Shown: one piece after another, positions 48,461-57,474 of the stretch | Position numbering within the stretch: position 1 is the first letter of the stretch | How the letters are laid out: the number at the start of each line of letters is the position of its first letter | Assembly: GCA_963666735.1 (NCBI GenBank) | Contig: OY762926.1 | Location: 3,168,001 to 3,232,000, forward strand | Source: Gemmatimonadota bacterium | Lineage (GTDB): Bacteria; Gemmatimonadota; Gemmatimonadetes; Palauibacterales; Palauibacteraceae | Direction: 5' to 3' | DNA length: 64,000 bases | Program-made: the position numbers and the translations under genes | Notes under the pieces: model-generated | The model's input: the letters and a program-made list of their open reading frames with translations, nothing else | The model's database searches: none | Told to the model about the DNA's origin: nothing

Positions 48461-51277
48461 GTGAGCGAGGATGGAGGCCGCGCCGCCGGGGACGGCGGCT
48501 GGGTTGCGGACGGCTACAACGCGGGGTACGCGGAGGGGCTGGTCGAACGGGCGCTCCGCGACCGGGGTGTGATCCCGCCCCCACTGGCGGGCTGGGATCC
48601 GTCGGCCGGGGCGGCCATTGAAGCGCCACCGGGGACGGCACTTCCTGCCCCTCCCCCCGCTCCTCCCCCGCCCGAACCCACGCCTGCCGAGGCGGAGGTC
48701 GTGGCGACGGAGGACCTGCGGCTCGCCGCCATCGCCGGGGCGCTCGTCGAGGCCTACCGGGCGTACGGGCACCTCGGAGCGCGCATCGACCCGCTCGGCT
48801 CCGAGCCCCCGAGGCACCCGCTGCTCGAACCGGACTACCACGGCATCCGCCGCGAGGAACTCGCGCGCGTGCCCGCCTCCGCAGTCTGGCTGAAGCACCT
48901 GGGCAACAACGCCGCCGAGGTCATCGACCGCCTCGAGGAGATCTACTGCGGCCCGATCGGCTACGAGCTCGACCAGATGGAGAACCCGACCCAGCGCGAC
49001 TGGCTCGTGGATTACATCGAGTCGCACCGCCACCGGCTCCTCATGAGCCGCGTGCGGGCGACGGCGTGCCTCGAGTGGCTGACCCGCGTGGAAGGGCTCG
49101 AGACGTTCCTGCACCGCACCTACCTCGGGAAGAAGCGCTTCTCCGTCGAGGGACTCGACATGCTCGTGCCCATGATGCGCGGGATCATCGGGAGCGCGGG
49201 GCGGCGCGGGGCGCGGCAGGTGTTCGTGGGTATGGCGCATCGCGGGCGCCTGAACGTGCTGGCCCACGTCATGGGACTGTCCTACGAGTCGATCGTGGCC
49301 GAATTCGAGGAGCAGGCCGCGCGAGGCATCATGACCGCCCTCCCGGAACACGGCTCCGGCGACGTCAAATACCATGTCGGCGGCCGGTCGCAGGTCGCGG
49401 AGGACGAGGTCGAACTGGACGTGCGGCTCGCCCCCAACCCGAGCCACCTCGAGCACGTGAACCCCGTCGTCCTCGGCATGGCCCGGGGGGCGCGCTTCAC
49501 CGGCGAGGCCTCCGACTCCTCGGCCATTCTCCCGATCATCATCCACGGCGACGCCTCCTTCGCGGGACAGGGGGTCGTGGCGGAGACGCTGAACCTGTGC
49601 CGGCTGCGGCCCTACGAGACGGGCGGCACGCTCCACATCATCACGAACAACCAGCTCGGCTTCACCACCCTTCCCGGCGACAGCCGCTCCACGCGGTATG
49701 CAAGCGATCTGGCGCTCGGCTTCCGGCTCCCGGTCGTGCATGTGAACGCGGACGACCCCGAGGCGTGCATGGCCGCCGTGCGGCTCGCCGTCGACTACCG
49801 GTTCGAGTTCGGGGAGGACCTGGTCATCGATCTCGTGGGCTACCGGCGCTACGGGCACAACGAAGGGGACGAACCCTCATACACCCAGCCCATGATGTAC
49901 GAGCGGGTCGCCTCGCACCCGCGGGTGCGCGCGCAGTTCGCGGAGGCCGTCATCGAGCGGGGGCTCATCTCCCGTGAGGAGGCCGACGACATGGTCGCGG
50001 GTGTGGAGGCGGAACTGGAAGCGGCCAGGGGGGCGATCGCCGCGCACAAGGAAACGGACGAGCAGACGGGGGCGGCGCCGGACCCGAAGCGGCTGTTGGA
50101 TCCGGCGGAGCCGGCGCGGCCGACCGGCATTCCGGAGGCGCGGCTGCGGGAACTCAACGAGGCGGTCCACCGCTGGCCCGAGGGCTTCACGCCCTTCCAC
50201 AAGCTGGGGCGCCAGCTGGAGCGACGCCGTGCCGCGCTGGATGCGGGGATCGACTGGGGGCATGCCGAGGCGCTCGCGCTGGCGGGCCTGCTCACCGAGG
50301 GCGTCCCCGTGCGCCTCACCGGCGAGGACACCGAACGCGGCACGTTCAGCCACCGGCACCTCGTGCTGCACGACGCCGAGGACGGACGCTCGCACACGCC
50401 CCTGGCCCACATCGAGGAAGGGCAGGCGGCCTTCAGGATCGCGAACAGCCCGCTGTCCGAGATCGCCACGCTCGGCTTCGAGTACGGCTTCTCCACGATC
50501 GCCGCCAACGCGCTTGTCATGTGGGAGGCGCAGTTCGGCGACTTCGCCAACGTCGGGCAGGCAATCATCGACCAGTTCATCGTGTCGGGCCGCACCAAAT
50601 GGGGGCTGGAGTCGCGGCTCGTCCTGCTCCTGCCGCACGGCTACGAGGGGCAGGGACCGGAACACTCGAGCGCCCGGCTGGAGCGCTTCCTGCAACTGGC
50701 CGCCGAGGGCAACATCCGCGTCGTGAACTGCACGACGCCCGCGCAATTCTTCCACGCCCTGCGCTGGCAGGCGCTACGGGCGACCTGTCGCCCCCTCATC
50801 GTGATGACGCCCAAGAGCTTGCTGCGCCACCCGCGCGCCCGCTCCACCATCGGCGACCTCACCGGCGGCGCCTTCCGCCCGGTTCTCCCGGACCCCGACT
50901 TCCAGGCCGATCCGTCGCGCGTGAGCCGGGTCATCGCGTGCAGCGGCAAGGTCTACTTCGACCTGCTCGCCGAGTCTCCCCCCGCGCACGACATCCCGAT
51001 CCTGCGCGTGGAGCAGCCCTACCCGTTCCCGGCCCTGGAACTTGGAGCCGCCCTTGCGCCGTATCCTGAAACGGCAGAAGTCTGCTGGGTGCAGGAGGAA
51101 CCGGAGAACATGGGGGCATGGACATACATGCGACCGCACCTGCGAGAACTCATCGGCCGCGAGCCCATCTACATCGGCCGCCCCGAGCGCGCCAGCCCGG
51201 CAGAGGGCTATTTCGGCAAGCACATGCGGCGCCAGCGCCGCCTGCTCCGCACCGCGCTCAGGTTGCCCGAGGAGTAG
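48461..51277 (+). CDS. sucA: 2-oxoglutarate dehydrogenase E1
   Basis: KRFSVEG, GMAHRGRLN, GDVKYH, NPSHLE, HGDASFAGQG, YRRYGHNEGDEP, WEAQFGDF, GPEHSSARLER. Confidence 0.97.
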   Translation: MSEDGGRAAGDGGWVADGYNAGYAEGLVERALRDRGVIPPPLAGWDPSAGAAIEAPPGTALPAPPPAPPPPEPTPAEAEVVATEDLRLAAIAGALVEAYRAYGHLGARIDPLGSEPPRHPLLEPDYHGIRREELARVPASAVWLKHLGNNAAEVIDRLEEIYCGPIGYELDQMENPTQRDWLVDYIESHRHRLLMSRVRATACLEWLTRVEGLETFLHRTYLGKKRFSVEGLDMLVPMMRGIIGSAGRRGARQVFVGMAHRGRLNVLAHVMGLSYESIVAEFEEQAARGIMTALPEHGSGDVKYHVGGRSQVAEDEVELDVRLAPNPSHLEHVNPVVLGMARGARFTGEASDSSAILPIIIHGDASFAGQGVVAETLNLCRLRPYETGGTLHIITNNQLGFTTLPGDSRSTRYASDLALGFRLPVVHVNADDPEACMAAVRLAVDYRFEFGEDLVIDLVGYRRYGHNEGDEPSYTQPMMYERVASHPRVRAQFAEAVIERGLISREEADDMVAGVEAELEAARGAIAAHKETDEQTGAAPDPKRLLDPAEPARPTGIPEARLRELNEAVHRWPEGFTPFHKLGRQLERRRAALDAGIDWGHAEALALAGLLTEGVPVRLTGEDTERGTFSHRHLVLHDAEDGRSHTPLAHIEEGQAAFRIANSPLSEIATLGFEYGFSTIAANALVMWEAQFGDFANVGQAIIDQFIVSGRTKWGLESRLVLLLPHGYEGQGPEHSSARLERFLQLAAEGNIRVVNCTTPAQFFHALRWQALRATCRPLIVMTPKSLLRHPRARSTIGDLTGGAFRPVLPDPDFQADPSRVSRVIACSGKVYFDLLAESPPAHDIPILRVEQPYPFPALELGAALAPYPETAEVCWVQEEPENMGAWTYMRPHLRELIGREPIYIGRPERASPAEGYFGKHMRRQRRLLRTALRLPEE

Positions 51278-51525
51278 ACGCTCTCAGGGCCATCGACCTC
51301 GGCCGCTCGGAACCCTTCCGAGAGTTGATCGGCGCGGGTCCCGTAAGAAGAAATCCCTGCAAGCACATGCGGCGATCCCCATCTCTTGACGCCCGGCGCG
51401 CCCGCACGGGAAGTTGGTGCCGCTCCACGAGAAGCTGTTGAACCTCGGCACTCAGCAGAGCGTAGATGCCGGAACGGTTCGGTGACGCACTCGAGATGGC
51501 TACGCTGGCGAAGGAGGTCTCTAAC

Positions 51526-52923
51526 ATGCGCGATGATCGGCCGGACCACGGAGCTACGCCGGAGGACTCGAACGGGGATAGCCTCCGTTGGATCGAGGAC
51601 CCGAACTGGAGTCCCGGTTGGCCGGCCCAGTACGCCCGGGAAGCCGGTGGCCAGTGGACCGCCGCACACCGCCGGCTGATCGCCAAGCTTCGCGCCGAGG
51701 GTGCACAGTACATCAACCGGAAGCTGGACAACCTCCGCTCCCAGCTCGGTGTCCCTCACAACGGCTGGACCTTCGACCGGACTCAGGGCCCCGCTCAAGT
51801 CGTCATGGACGCCCAGGATGCATTGAAGCGTCTCCAACTTCGCGCTCAGGCCAACCGGACCGACAGGCAACGACTCCGCGATTTGCCCTCACTCGCGACC
51901 CCCGTATCCGAGGGACCGCGCAAACCGACCACTCAGGAGTGGTGGAAGCTTTCGGCCATTCTGGGCGTCTGCATCGCGATCGAGGCTGTTGCGAACAGTT
52001 ATCTGCTGGCGTCGGCGTTGACCACCGGCCTCGTCGGCGCCTTCATCACCGCCATCGTGGTCTCCTTCCTGAACGTCGGAGCCCTCGGCGCCGGCATCGG
52101 CCTGCTGTTGTCGGCGCTCCGCCGCCGGGCGGCCCAGAACGGTCTGTTCTATGGTTGCGTGGCTGCGTGGGGAGCCGCCGCTCTCCTCCTCAACCTTCTC
52201 GTTGGCCGGCACCGGGAGGCGTTTGCCCGCCTGATCGACGCGAGAGAGGAACAGATGAGCGCCGCCATCGAAACGAATATGGCGACGGCCACCGAGATGG
52301 CGTCGACGATTCCCTATATCCCGTCATCGTGGCAATTCGAATCGCTCCTCTTCTTCTGCCTCGGCATCGCGCTCTGCGTCTTCGGTTTCTTCAAGGGATA
52401 TACGTTTATCGGAGCGGGAGATCCGCATCACGCGCGACGCGAACTCGACAACGAGAAAGCAGCGATTCTGAGCGAGTACCACTCGCTGTCCGAGCGCTAC
52501 CGGGGGCGCTTGACCCAGGAGCTGCGGGCGAGCGTCGCGGGGTGGGTCGAGACCCTGGACCAGGCATGGCAGAACGCGATCAACGAACAGGAGGACCTGA
52601 AGGCCAATTGGTCCGGGGGGTCGCTGCTGGCGCGAGTGGAGACGCTGTTCATAGCCGCCTACAACGACTCGCATGCGACGAAGATCGATCAGGCGATGCT
52701 CGACGAACACCGGGACCAGGCGGACATCGACATTTCCTTCCCCGCGACACCGGCGGACGAGCAGGTGCCCGACGATGCGCGTGACATCATCCGCAGATGG
52801 ACCGACACGGACCAGAAGGCGTTCTTCGAGGACATCCACGAGCAAACGAGGGCGGTCGACGGAGTCTGGACGGACTACAGACCCTTGATCGTGGATGAAC
52901 TGGCCGGAACCGAACAGTCATGA
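51526..52923 (+). CDS. Hypothetical multi-pass membrane protein with coiled-coil segments
   Basis: AAGGAGG RBS before ATG 51526; about 4 hydrophobic helices; long open frame coupled to the next gene. Confidence 0.7.
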   Translation: MRDDRPDHGATPEDSNGDSLRWIEDPNWSPGWPAQYAREAGGQWTAAHRRLIAKLRAEGAQYINRKLDNLRSQLGVPHNGWTFDRTQGPAQVVMDAQDALKRLQLRAQANRTDRQRLRDLPSLATPVSEGPRKPTTQEWWKLSAILGVCIAIEAVANSYLLASALTTGLVGAFITAIVVSFLNVGALGAGIGLLLSALRRRAAQNGLFYGCVAAWGAAALLLNLLVGRHREAFARLIDAREEQMSAAIETNMATATEMASTIPYIPSSWQFESLLFFCLGIALCVFGFFKGYTFIGAGDPHHARRELDNEKAAILSEYHSLSERYRGRLTQELRASVAGWVETLDQAWQNAINEQEDLKANWSGGSLLARVETLFIAAYNDSHATKIDQAMLDEHRDQADIDISFPATPADEQVPDDARDIIRRWTDTDQKAFFEDIHEQTRAVDGVWTDYRPLIVDELAGTEQS

Positions 52924-53713
52924 GTTCGACATCGGACGCGGGCAGTGGATCGTCGCTGCTTTGGAAGGGCATCCTCGTCGTCATCGTCCTCGGTCTGTTC
53001 TACGCGGGGTATCGACTGTGGTACGCCGACCAGCTCCGGGTCCACTATGCGGATGGATTCTGCCCCCGGGGAACGTGGCCTCAGGAGCGGGAGGGCGTGG
53101 TCGTCCCCGGGCATACGGTGATCCTGATCGACACGTCGGATGAGATCACGCCGGAGGATGCGGAGGCGGCATTCGACCGGATCGACCATTGGTCGCGCGA
53201 TACCTCCAGGCCCCGTTCCTGCAGAAGATATCCATCTACGGCCTGCCGGAGTCGATGGCGGCGATGCCGGAACAGAGCGGGCGGTCGTGGTGCATCCCCA
53301 GGCCCGGCGCCATGGCGAACGTCCTGTATGAGAACCCCAGAGCAGTGGAGATCGAGTTCCGGCGGTTCCTGCGTGGCGTGAAGACGGAACTCGATTCCCT
53401 GAGGCAGAGGGAACAGGCGGCACAATCCCCCATCGCGGAGACGATGGCGCACCTCGCGCAGCAGCACGAAGATCTCGACTCGTTCGTGCTGGTTTCGGAC
53501 ATGCTGCAGCATTCGACGCTGGCGACGCACTATGGTGGCGATACGTCCCTGACGCCGGAGGCCAGGAGCGAGTGCGAAACGATGTCAGGTGCAGGTCGAC
53601 TGAGGTCCGTGTGGGTGTACTACGTCGACCGGAAACTCGAGGTGCAGGGTAACCTGTGGCCCACGGCCTGGTGGGCCGAGTGTCTCAATGGGGTCCAGGC
53701 ACAGACTCTTTGA
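52920..53713 (+). pseudogene. Membrane-anchored vWA-like protein split by a 1-bp frameshift
   Basis: TM, VILIDTSD in one frame; QSPIAE and VLVSDMLQHS in another; adding one C at 53203-53204 gives a 264-aa ORF. Confidence 0.65.
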
Positions 53714-53732
53714 GATGTGACCTTGAGAGGGC

Positions 53733-53801
53733 GGGTCAGCGGCCCCGGGTCTGGATCGTCTGCTTCATGTCCGAGAGTTCGGAGACCACCTTCTGGTGGA
53801 G
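53733..53801 (-). repeat. Diverged copy of the 3' end of the gene ending at 57024 (matches 57021-57089)
   Basis: 7 mismatches in 69 nt by manual alignment; LHQKVVSELSDMKQTIQTRGR* versus LHQKVVSELSDMKRTIQTRIR*. Confidence 0.9.
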
Positions 53802-53877
53802 CCCTGCGGAGGGATATTTCGGCAGGCACGTGCGGCGCCAGCGCCGCCTGCTCCGCACCGCGCTGCGTCTGGACTGA
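53800..53877 (+). repeat. Diverged copy of the sucA 3' end (matches 51194-51277)
   Basis: SPAEGYFGRHVRRQRRLLRTALRLD* versus SPAEGYFGKHMRRQRRLLRTALRLPEE*. Confidence 0.92.
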
Positions 53878-54323
53878 AACGCGCGCCACGGGCCGCTTGG
53901 CTTGAAACCGCCGGCCGCTTGATAGCACCTTGATCTGCAGCTGGAGGTTCTTGGGACCGAGGCTTCGGCCGGTGGGCCGCTTGCCGCACGGAACCTCCAA
54001 CGGGAGTCGTCAGAGGATGGGGCTGGATGTGATCATCGCGCTCGTTACCATATTCGTGGCTATCGTCGGCGTCGGCGTCACGCTGGCTGGTCTCACGCGC
54101 AAGCTCGGAGAGAACATCAACGGTGTACGCGACGAGCTTCGGGGCGACATCAACGGTGTACGCGACGAGCTTCGGGGCGACATCAACGGTGTACGCGATG
54201 AGCTTTGGAGCTGTCCCGCTTTCACGGACGGTTAGTTTCTGTGGTTGATCGCCTCCGGTTCTTCTCCTTTCAGCCTCCCTCAGGCGCTCGGGAGAGGATG
54301 TCGGTGTGCGCCGCGGGTGCGCC

Positions 54324-55172
54324 TCAGGCCGCATGGTTGCTCTCGTAGTCGGCCGGCGACTCGTAGCCGAGTGCCGAGTGCAGCCGCCGGGTGTTGTAGA
54401 AGCCCTCGATGAAGCCGAAGACCTCCCGTCGCGCCTCGTCCGCCGTGCGGAACGAGCGCTTCCAGATCAGCTCGCACTCGAGGGTGGCGAAGAAGCTCTC
54501 GCACATGGCGTTGTCGTACGCATCGCCCGCCGAGCCCATGGACTGGGCGATGCCCGACTCGCGGCAGCGCTCCCCGAAGGCGAGCGAGGTGTACTGCGAG
54601 CCCCTGTCGGAATGATGCACGACACGACCCTCGGGACGACGCCTTGCGAGAGCCATCGCCAGCGCGGTCTCGACGAGCTCGGTCCGCATGTGCGTCGCCA
54701 TGGCCCAGCCGACGACGCGGCGGCTCCAGACGTCGAGCACGACGGCCAGATACAGCCAGCCAGCCCACGTGGGGACGTAGGTGATGTCGGCCACCCACAG
54801 CTCGTCGGGCCCCGAGGCCGAGAAGTCACGGTCCACCAGGTCCGGCGCGGGGCGGGCCTCGGCATCCCTCTTCGTCGTCGCCGTCTTGAAGCGCCGCCTG
54901 GTCGCGCCCTCGATCTCCAGCCCCCTCATCAGCCGCCCCACGCGCTTCTGCCCCACCCGCTCGCCCTCGGCCCTGAGCGCCGCGTGGATCCGCGGACGGC
55001 CGTACGTCTCGCCGCTGCCGGTCCATATCTTCGCGATCCGCGCCTCCAGTTCCGCGTCCCGACGCGCGCGGTCCGAGGGAGGACGCCTCAACCAGTCGTA
55101 GTAGCCGCTGGGGGAGAGACCCAGCACCCGGCACATGGCCCGAAGCGGGAACTCGGCCCGGTGCGCCCTCAT
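54324..55172 (-). CDS. IS3 transposase OrfB
   Basis: Translation identical to 44356..45204. Confidence 0.95.
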   Translation of the reverse strand: MRAHRAEFPLRAMCRVLGLSPSGYYDWLRRPPSDRARRDAELEARIAKIWTGSGETYGRPRIHAALRAEGERVGQKRVGRLMRGLEIEGATRRRFKTATTKRDAEARPAPDLVDRDFSASGPDELWVADITYVPTWAGWLYLAVVLDVWSRRVVGWAMATHMRTELVETALAMALARRRPEGRVVHHSDRGSQYTSLAFGERCRESGIAQSMGSAGDAYDNAMCESFFATLECELIWKRSFRTADEARREVFGFIEGFYNTRRLHSALGYESPADYESNHAA

Positions 55173-55483
55173 GAACGCATACCCCCGCCGGGGATCGATC
55201 CGCTCTCCCTCGCGAACCAGGCCGCGGCTTTTTTTAGGATGTCGCGCTCCATCCTGAGCCGCTTGTTCTCCCGCTCCAGGCGCCGCAGCTCGCTGCGCGC
55301 CTCCGTTGTCAGCCCGTCGCTACGGAACCCCTCGTCCACATCCGCCTGCCGGACCCAGTTCCGGATCGTCTGCTCCGACGGCTCGAACTTCCGGGCGAGT
55401 GACGCGGCACTACGCCCGCCCCTCACCAGTTCCACCAGCCGCTCCCTGTACTCGGATGGATACCGCCCCTTCCGGCCCGCCAT
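55169..55483 (-). CDS. IS3 transposase OrfA
   Basis: Translation identical to 45201..45515. Confidence 0.93.
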   Translation of the reverse strand: MAGRKGRYPSEYRERLVELVRGGRSAASLARKFEPSEQTIRNWVRQADVDEGFRSDGLTTEARSELRRLERENKRLRMERDILKKAAAWFARESGSIPGGGMRS

Positions 55484-55821
55484 GGAACACCTCCTTGCTT
55501 GACCCCAATGGATAGGTGTCCGTCAAAGCGGGGCAACTCCACTTCGGGGCGACATCAACGGTGTACGCGACGAGCTTCGGGGTGACATCAACGGTGTACG
55601 CGACGAGCTTCGAGGCGATATCAAGGGCTTGCGCGGTGAGATGGCGACCCTGCGCGCCGAGCTTCGAGGCGACATCAAGGGTGTGCGGGCCGAACTCGGC
55701 GGCCGAATCGATGCGGTCGCCGCCGAACTGACCAGGACGCGCATAGCGGTGGCCAGGATCGAGGGCAGCGTGTTGGGCGTTCCGCTGCCGGACACCGGCA
55801 CGGATCCGGCCTGACCGGCCG

Positions 55822-56151
55822 CTACCGCTGAGCAGCGCTTCCTGACCGCAACAGCACATGGGCCCGTTCGATCTCGCGGTGGAAGCGTTCGGGGAGGCGG
55901 GCCCAATCGTGTACTTCGACGAGGAAGGGGATCGAGGAGTCCTGCAGCGCTTCGACGAATTCCGCGAAACAGCGGATTGGAATCTCTTGGAGATTCGGGC
56001 CGCGGAGCACCAGGTCGAGATCGCTGCCCTCGTGACTCCGCCCGGTGACGCGGCTGCCGTAGGCCCAGACTTCCACGTCGGGCAAGTGTTCGCGCAGCAG
56101 GGCCTCGATCACCGTCCGGTGCCGGCTCCGGAGGTGCAGCCGGTCAGCCAT
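55822..56151 (-). CDS. Minimal nucleotidyltransferase (MNT antitoxin, HI0073-like)
   Basis: AYGSRVTGRSHEGSDLDLV (GS-x10-DxD). Confidence 0.9.
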   Translation of the reverse strand: MADRLHLRSRHRTVIEALLREHLPDVEVWAYGSRVTGRSHEGSDLDLVLRGPNLQEIPIRCFAEFVEALQDSSIPFLVEVHDWARLPERFHREIERAHVLLRSGSAAQR

Positions 56152-56566
56152 CCCCCGCTTCCTCGATGGCGGATGCGAGCGCCCGGGCGTCCGCGACAAA
56201 GCCGGGCAGCAGCCGCAGCGTCGCCTCGGCGAAGTCCTTTCCGTAGTCGTGCGCGGTCTTGTTCCGGTTGTCCCTGTACAGGAGCCAGCGCTCGGCGGCC
56301 TCGACATCGATGAGGTCGTGCTTGGCGGCGTGCCTGAAGAGGTCCTTGAAGACAAGGCGGTCGGCCTGCCGGTTGCTGGCGAAGAACGCGGCGAGCCGCT
56401 TCCGAAGGAGCTTGCCGCTCTGTTCCAACACAAGTTCGAATTCCTTCACGCATGCGGCGCGAAAGATGTCGTAGGCGATATCGCCCGGCTCGCAGCGCGC
56501 CAGTTCCTCAAACGCGCGTTCCAGGCTGTCGATACAACGCCTGAGAAACGTCGTGTCGATGCTCAT
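56144..56566 (-). CDS. HEPN-domain protein (nucleotidyltransferase substrate-binding, HI0074-like)
   Basis: KEFELVLEQ, KDLFR.A, RNKTAHDY (R-x4-H-x-Y); overlaps the MNT start. Confidence 0.9.
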   Translation of the reverse strand: MSIDTTFLRRCIDSLERAFEELARCEPGDIAYDIFRAACVKEFELVLEQSGKLLRKRLAAFFASNRQADRLVFKDLFRHAAKHDLIDVEAAERWLLYRDNRNKTAHDYGKDFAEATLRLLPGFVADARALASAIEEAGDG

Positions 56567-56588
56567 GCCGGCGTGGCTCCTCCGTCCC

Positions 56589-56904
56589 TCATAACTCGGA
56601 GGGAGTGAGTAACGGGATAACTCGCCGTCCCCTCTGCCGGTAGATGTGGAAGTCGGAATCGAGCGTCATGACCGAAGCGTGCTCCGTCAACTCGACGATC
56701 CTCACCAGGCACGCGCTGCACTGGAAGACTCGGATCGGCGCCGAAGCACCGGAGGATGAACGAAGTCTCGGACAGGACCGCTTCGCAGGTAAGCAGCGGC
56801 GCCTTCAGCGTGTCGAACTGCCGTCGCGCCCAATCATGCCGCATCTCACCACGGTCGATCAGCGCGACGACGGGGCCCGTGTCAACGACTACGGTTGGCG
56901 GCAA
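56589..56904 (-). pseudogene. PIN-domain (VapC-like) toxin remnant with internal deletion/frameshift
   Basis: VVVDTGPVVALID..H..TCEAVLSE in one frame; ACLVRIVE..TLDSDFHIYR..VIPLL* in another. Confidence 0.8.
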
Positions 56905-57023
56905 CGTAGTCGGCGTCAACGAGCATGGCCTCTTCGAGCAACTCCGGGGTCGGAACTCGGAGTCGCGGTCGAGTGCTTCGCCAAGAATCTCGCGCAACTG
57001 GGGGATCCAAGAAAGCGGAGGGG

Positions 57024-57323
57024 TCAGCGGATCCGGGTCTGGATCGTCCGCTTCATGTCCGACAACTCGGAGACCACTTTCTGGTGGAGAACGCCGAGGG
57101 CCTGGCTGTTGCCGTCCTCCTCGGAGTCGGAGAGTTCCTCCAGACGCGTCTTCGCTCCATCGTACTTGCGCTCCAGCCGGTCGATCATGGCCATGATCTG
57201 CACTTTTCGGCCGGCGCGGGCCTCGCGGAGCTTCACCCTCAGCTCCTCGGCCCCTTCGCGGTACTTCTCGACCGTCGCGGTCGTCCGCTGCAGCATCTGC
57301 TCGTAGTTGTCGGAAAGCTCCAT
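57024..57323 (-). CDS. Small coiled-coil hypothetical protein
   Basis: Helical charged ORF; GAGG before ATG 57323 (alternative start 57368); its 3' end is conserved in the copy at 53733. Confidence 0.7.
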   Translation of the reverse strand: MELSDNYEQMLQRTTATVEKYREGAEELRVKLREARAGRKVQIMAMIDRLERKYDGAKTRLEELSDSEEDGNSQALGVLHQKVVSELSDMKRTIQTRIR

Positions 57324-57474
57324 CCAAACCGCCTCGGTCAAGAACTTCGCGGTGCGACGCCTCGCCACACCGGCATGGTTCGCACCGTCACCTCATACTG
57401 CCAGCATCTGAAAATAGAGGCCGGAGGCCGGCCGGGGCACCCCCTGTCGTCCGCGGGCGCCGCCGGGCTGCCGC

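Larger units (their letters stand above)
54206..55541 (-). mobile_element. IS3-family insertion sequence, copy 2 (1336 bp)
   Basis: Same IRs and same ORF translations as copy 1 (offset 9968); 3-bp direct repeat CTT. Confidence 0.95.
54017..55814 (+). pseudogene. Membrane-anchored 11-residue-repeat coiled-coil protein interrupted by IS3
   Basis: Removing the IS and one CTT copy restores a 152-aa ORF: TM helix plus (DINGVRDELRG) repeats encoded by 33-bp units. Confidence 0.85.

Noticed and set aside
53733..53877. Diversity-generating retroelement TR/VR pair
   Set aside because: Differences are not adenine-specific and are mostly synonymous; there is no reverse transcriptase in the window.
44238..55541. 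Composite transposon carrying sucA
   Set aside because: Each IS has its own matching 3-bp duplication (CTG/CTG and CTT/CTT) and the outer flanks do not match, so these are independent insertions.
54114..55617. CRISPR array (33-bp repeats)
   Set aside because: Units are head-to-tail with no spacers, are in-frame coding repeats, and no cas genes are present.
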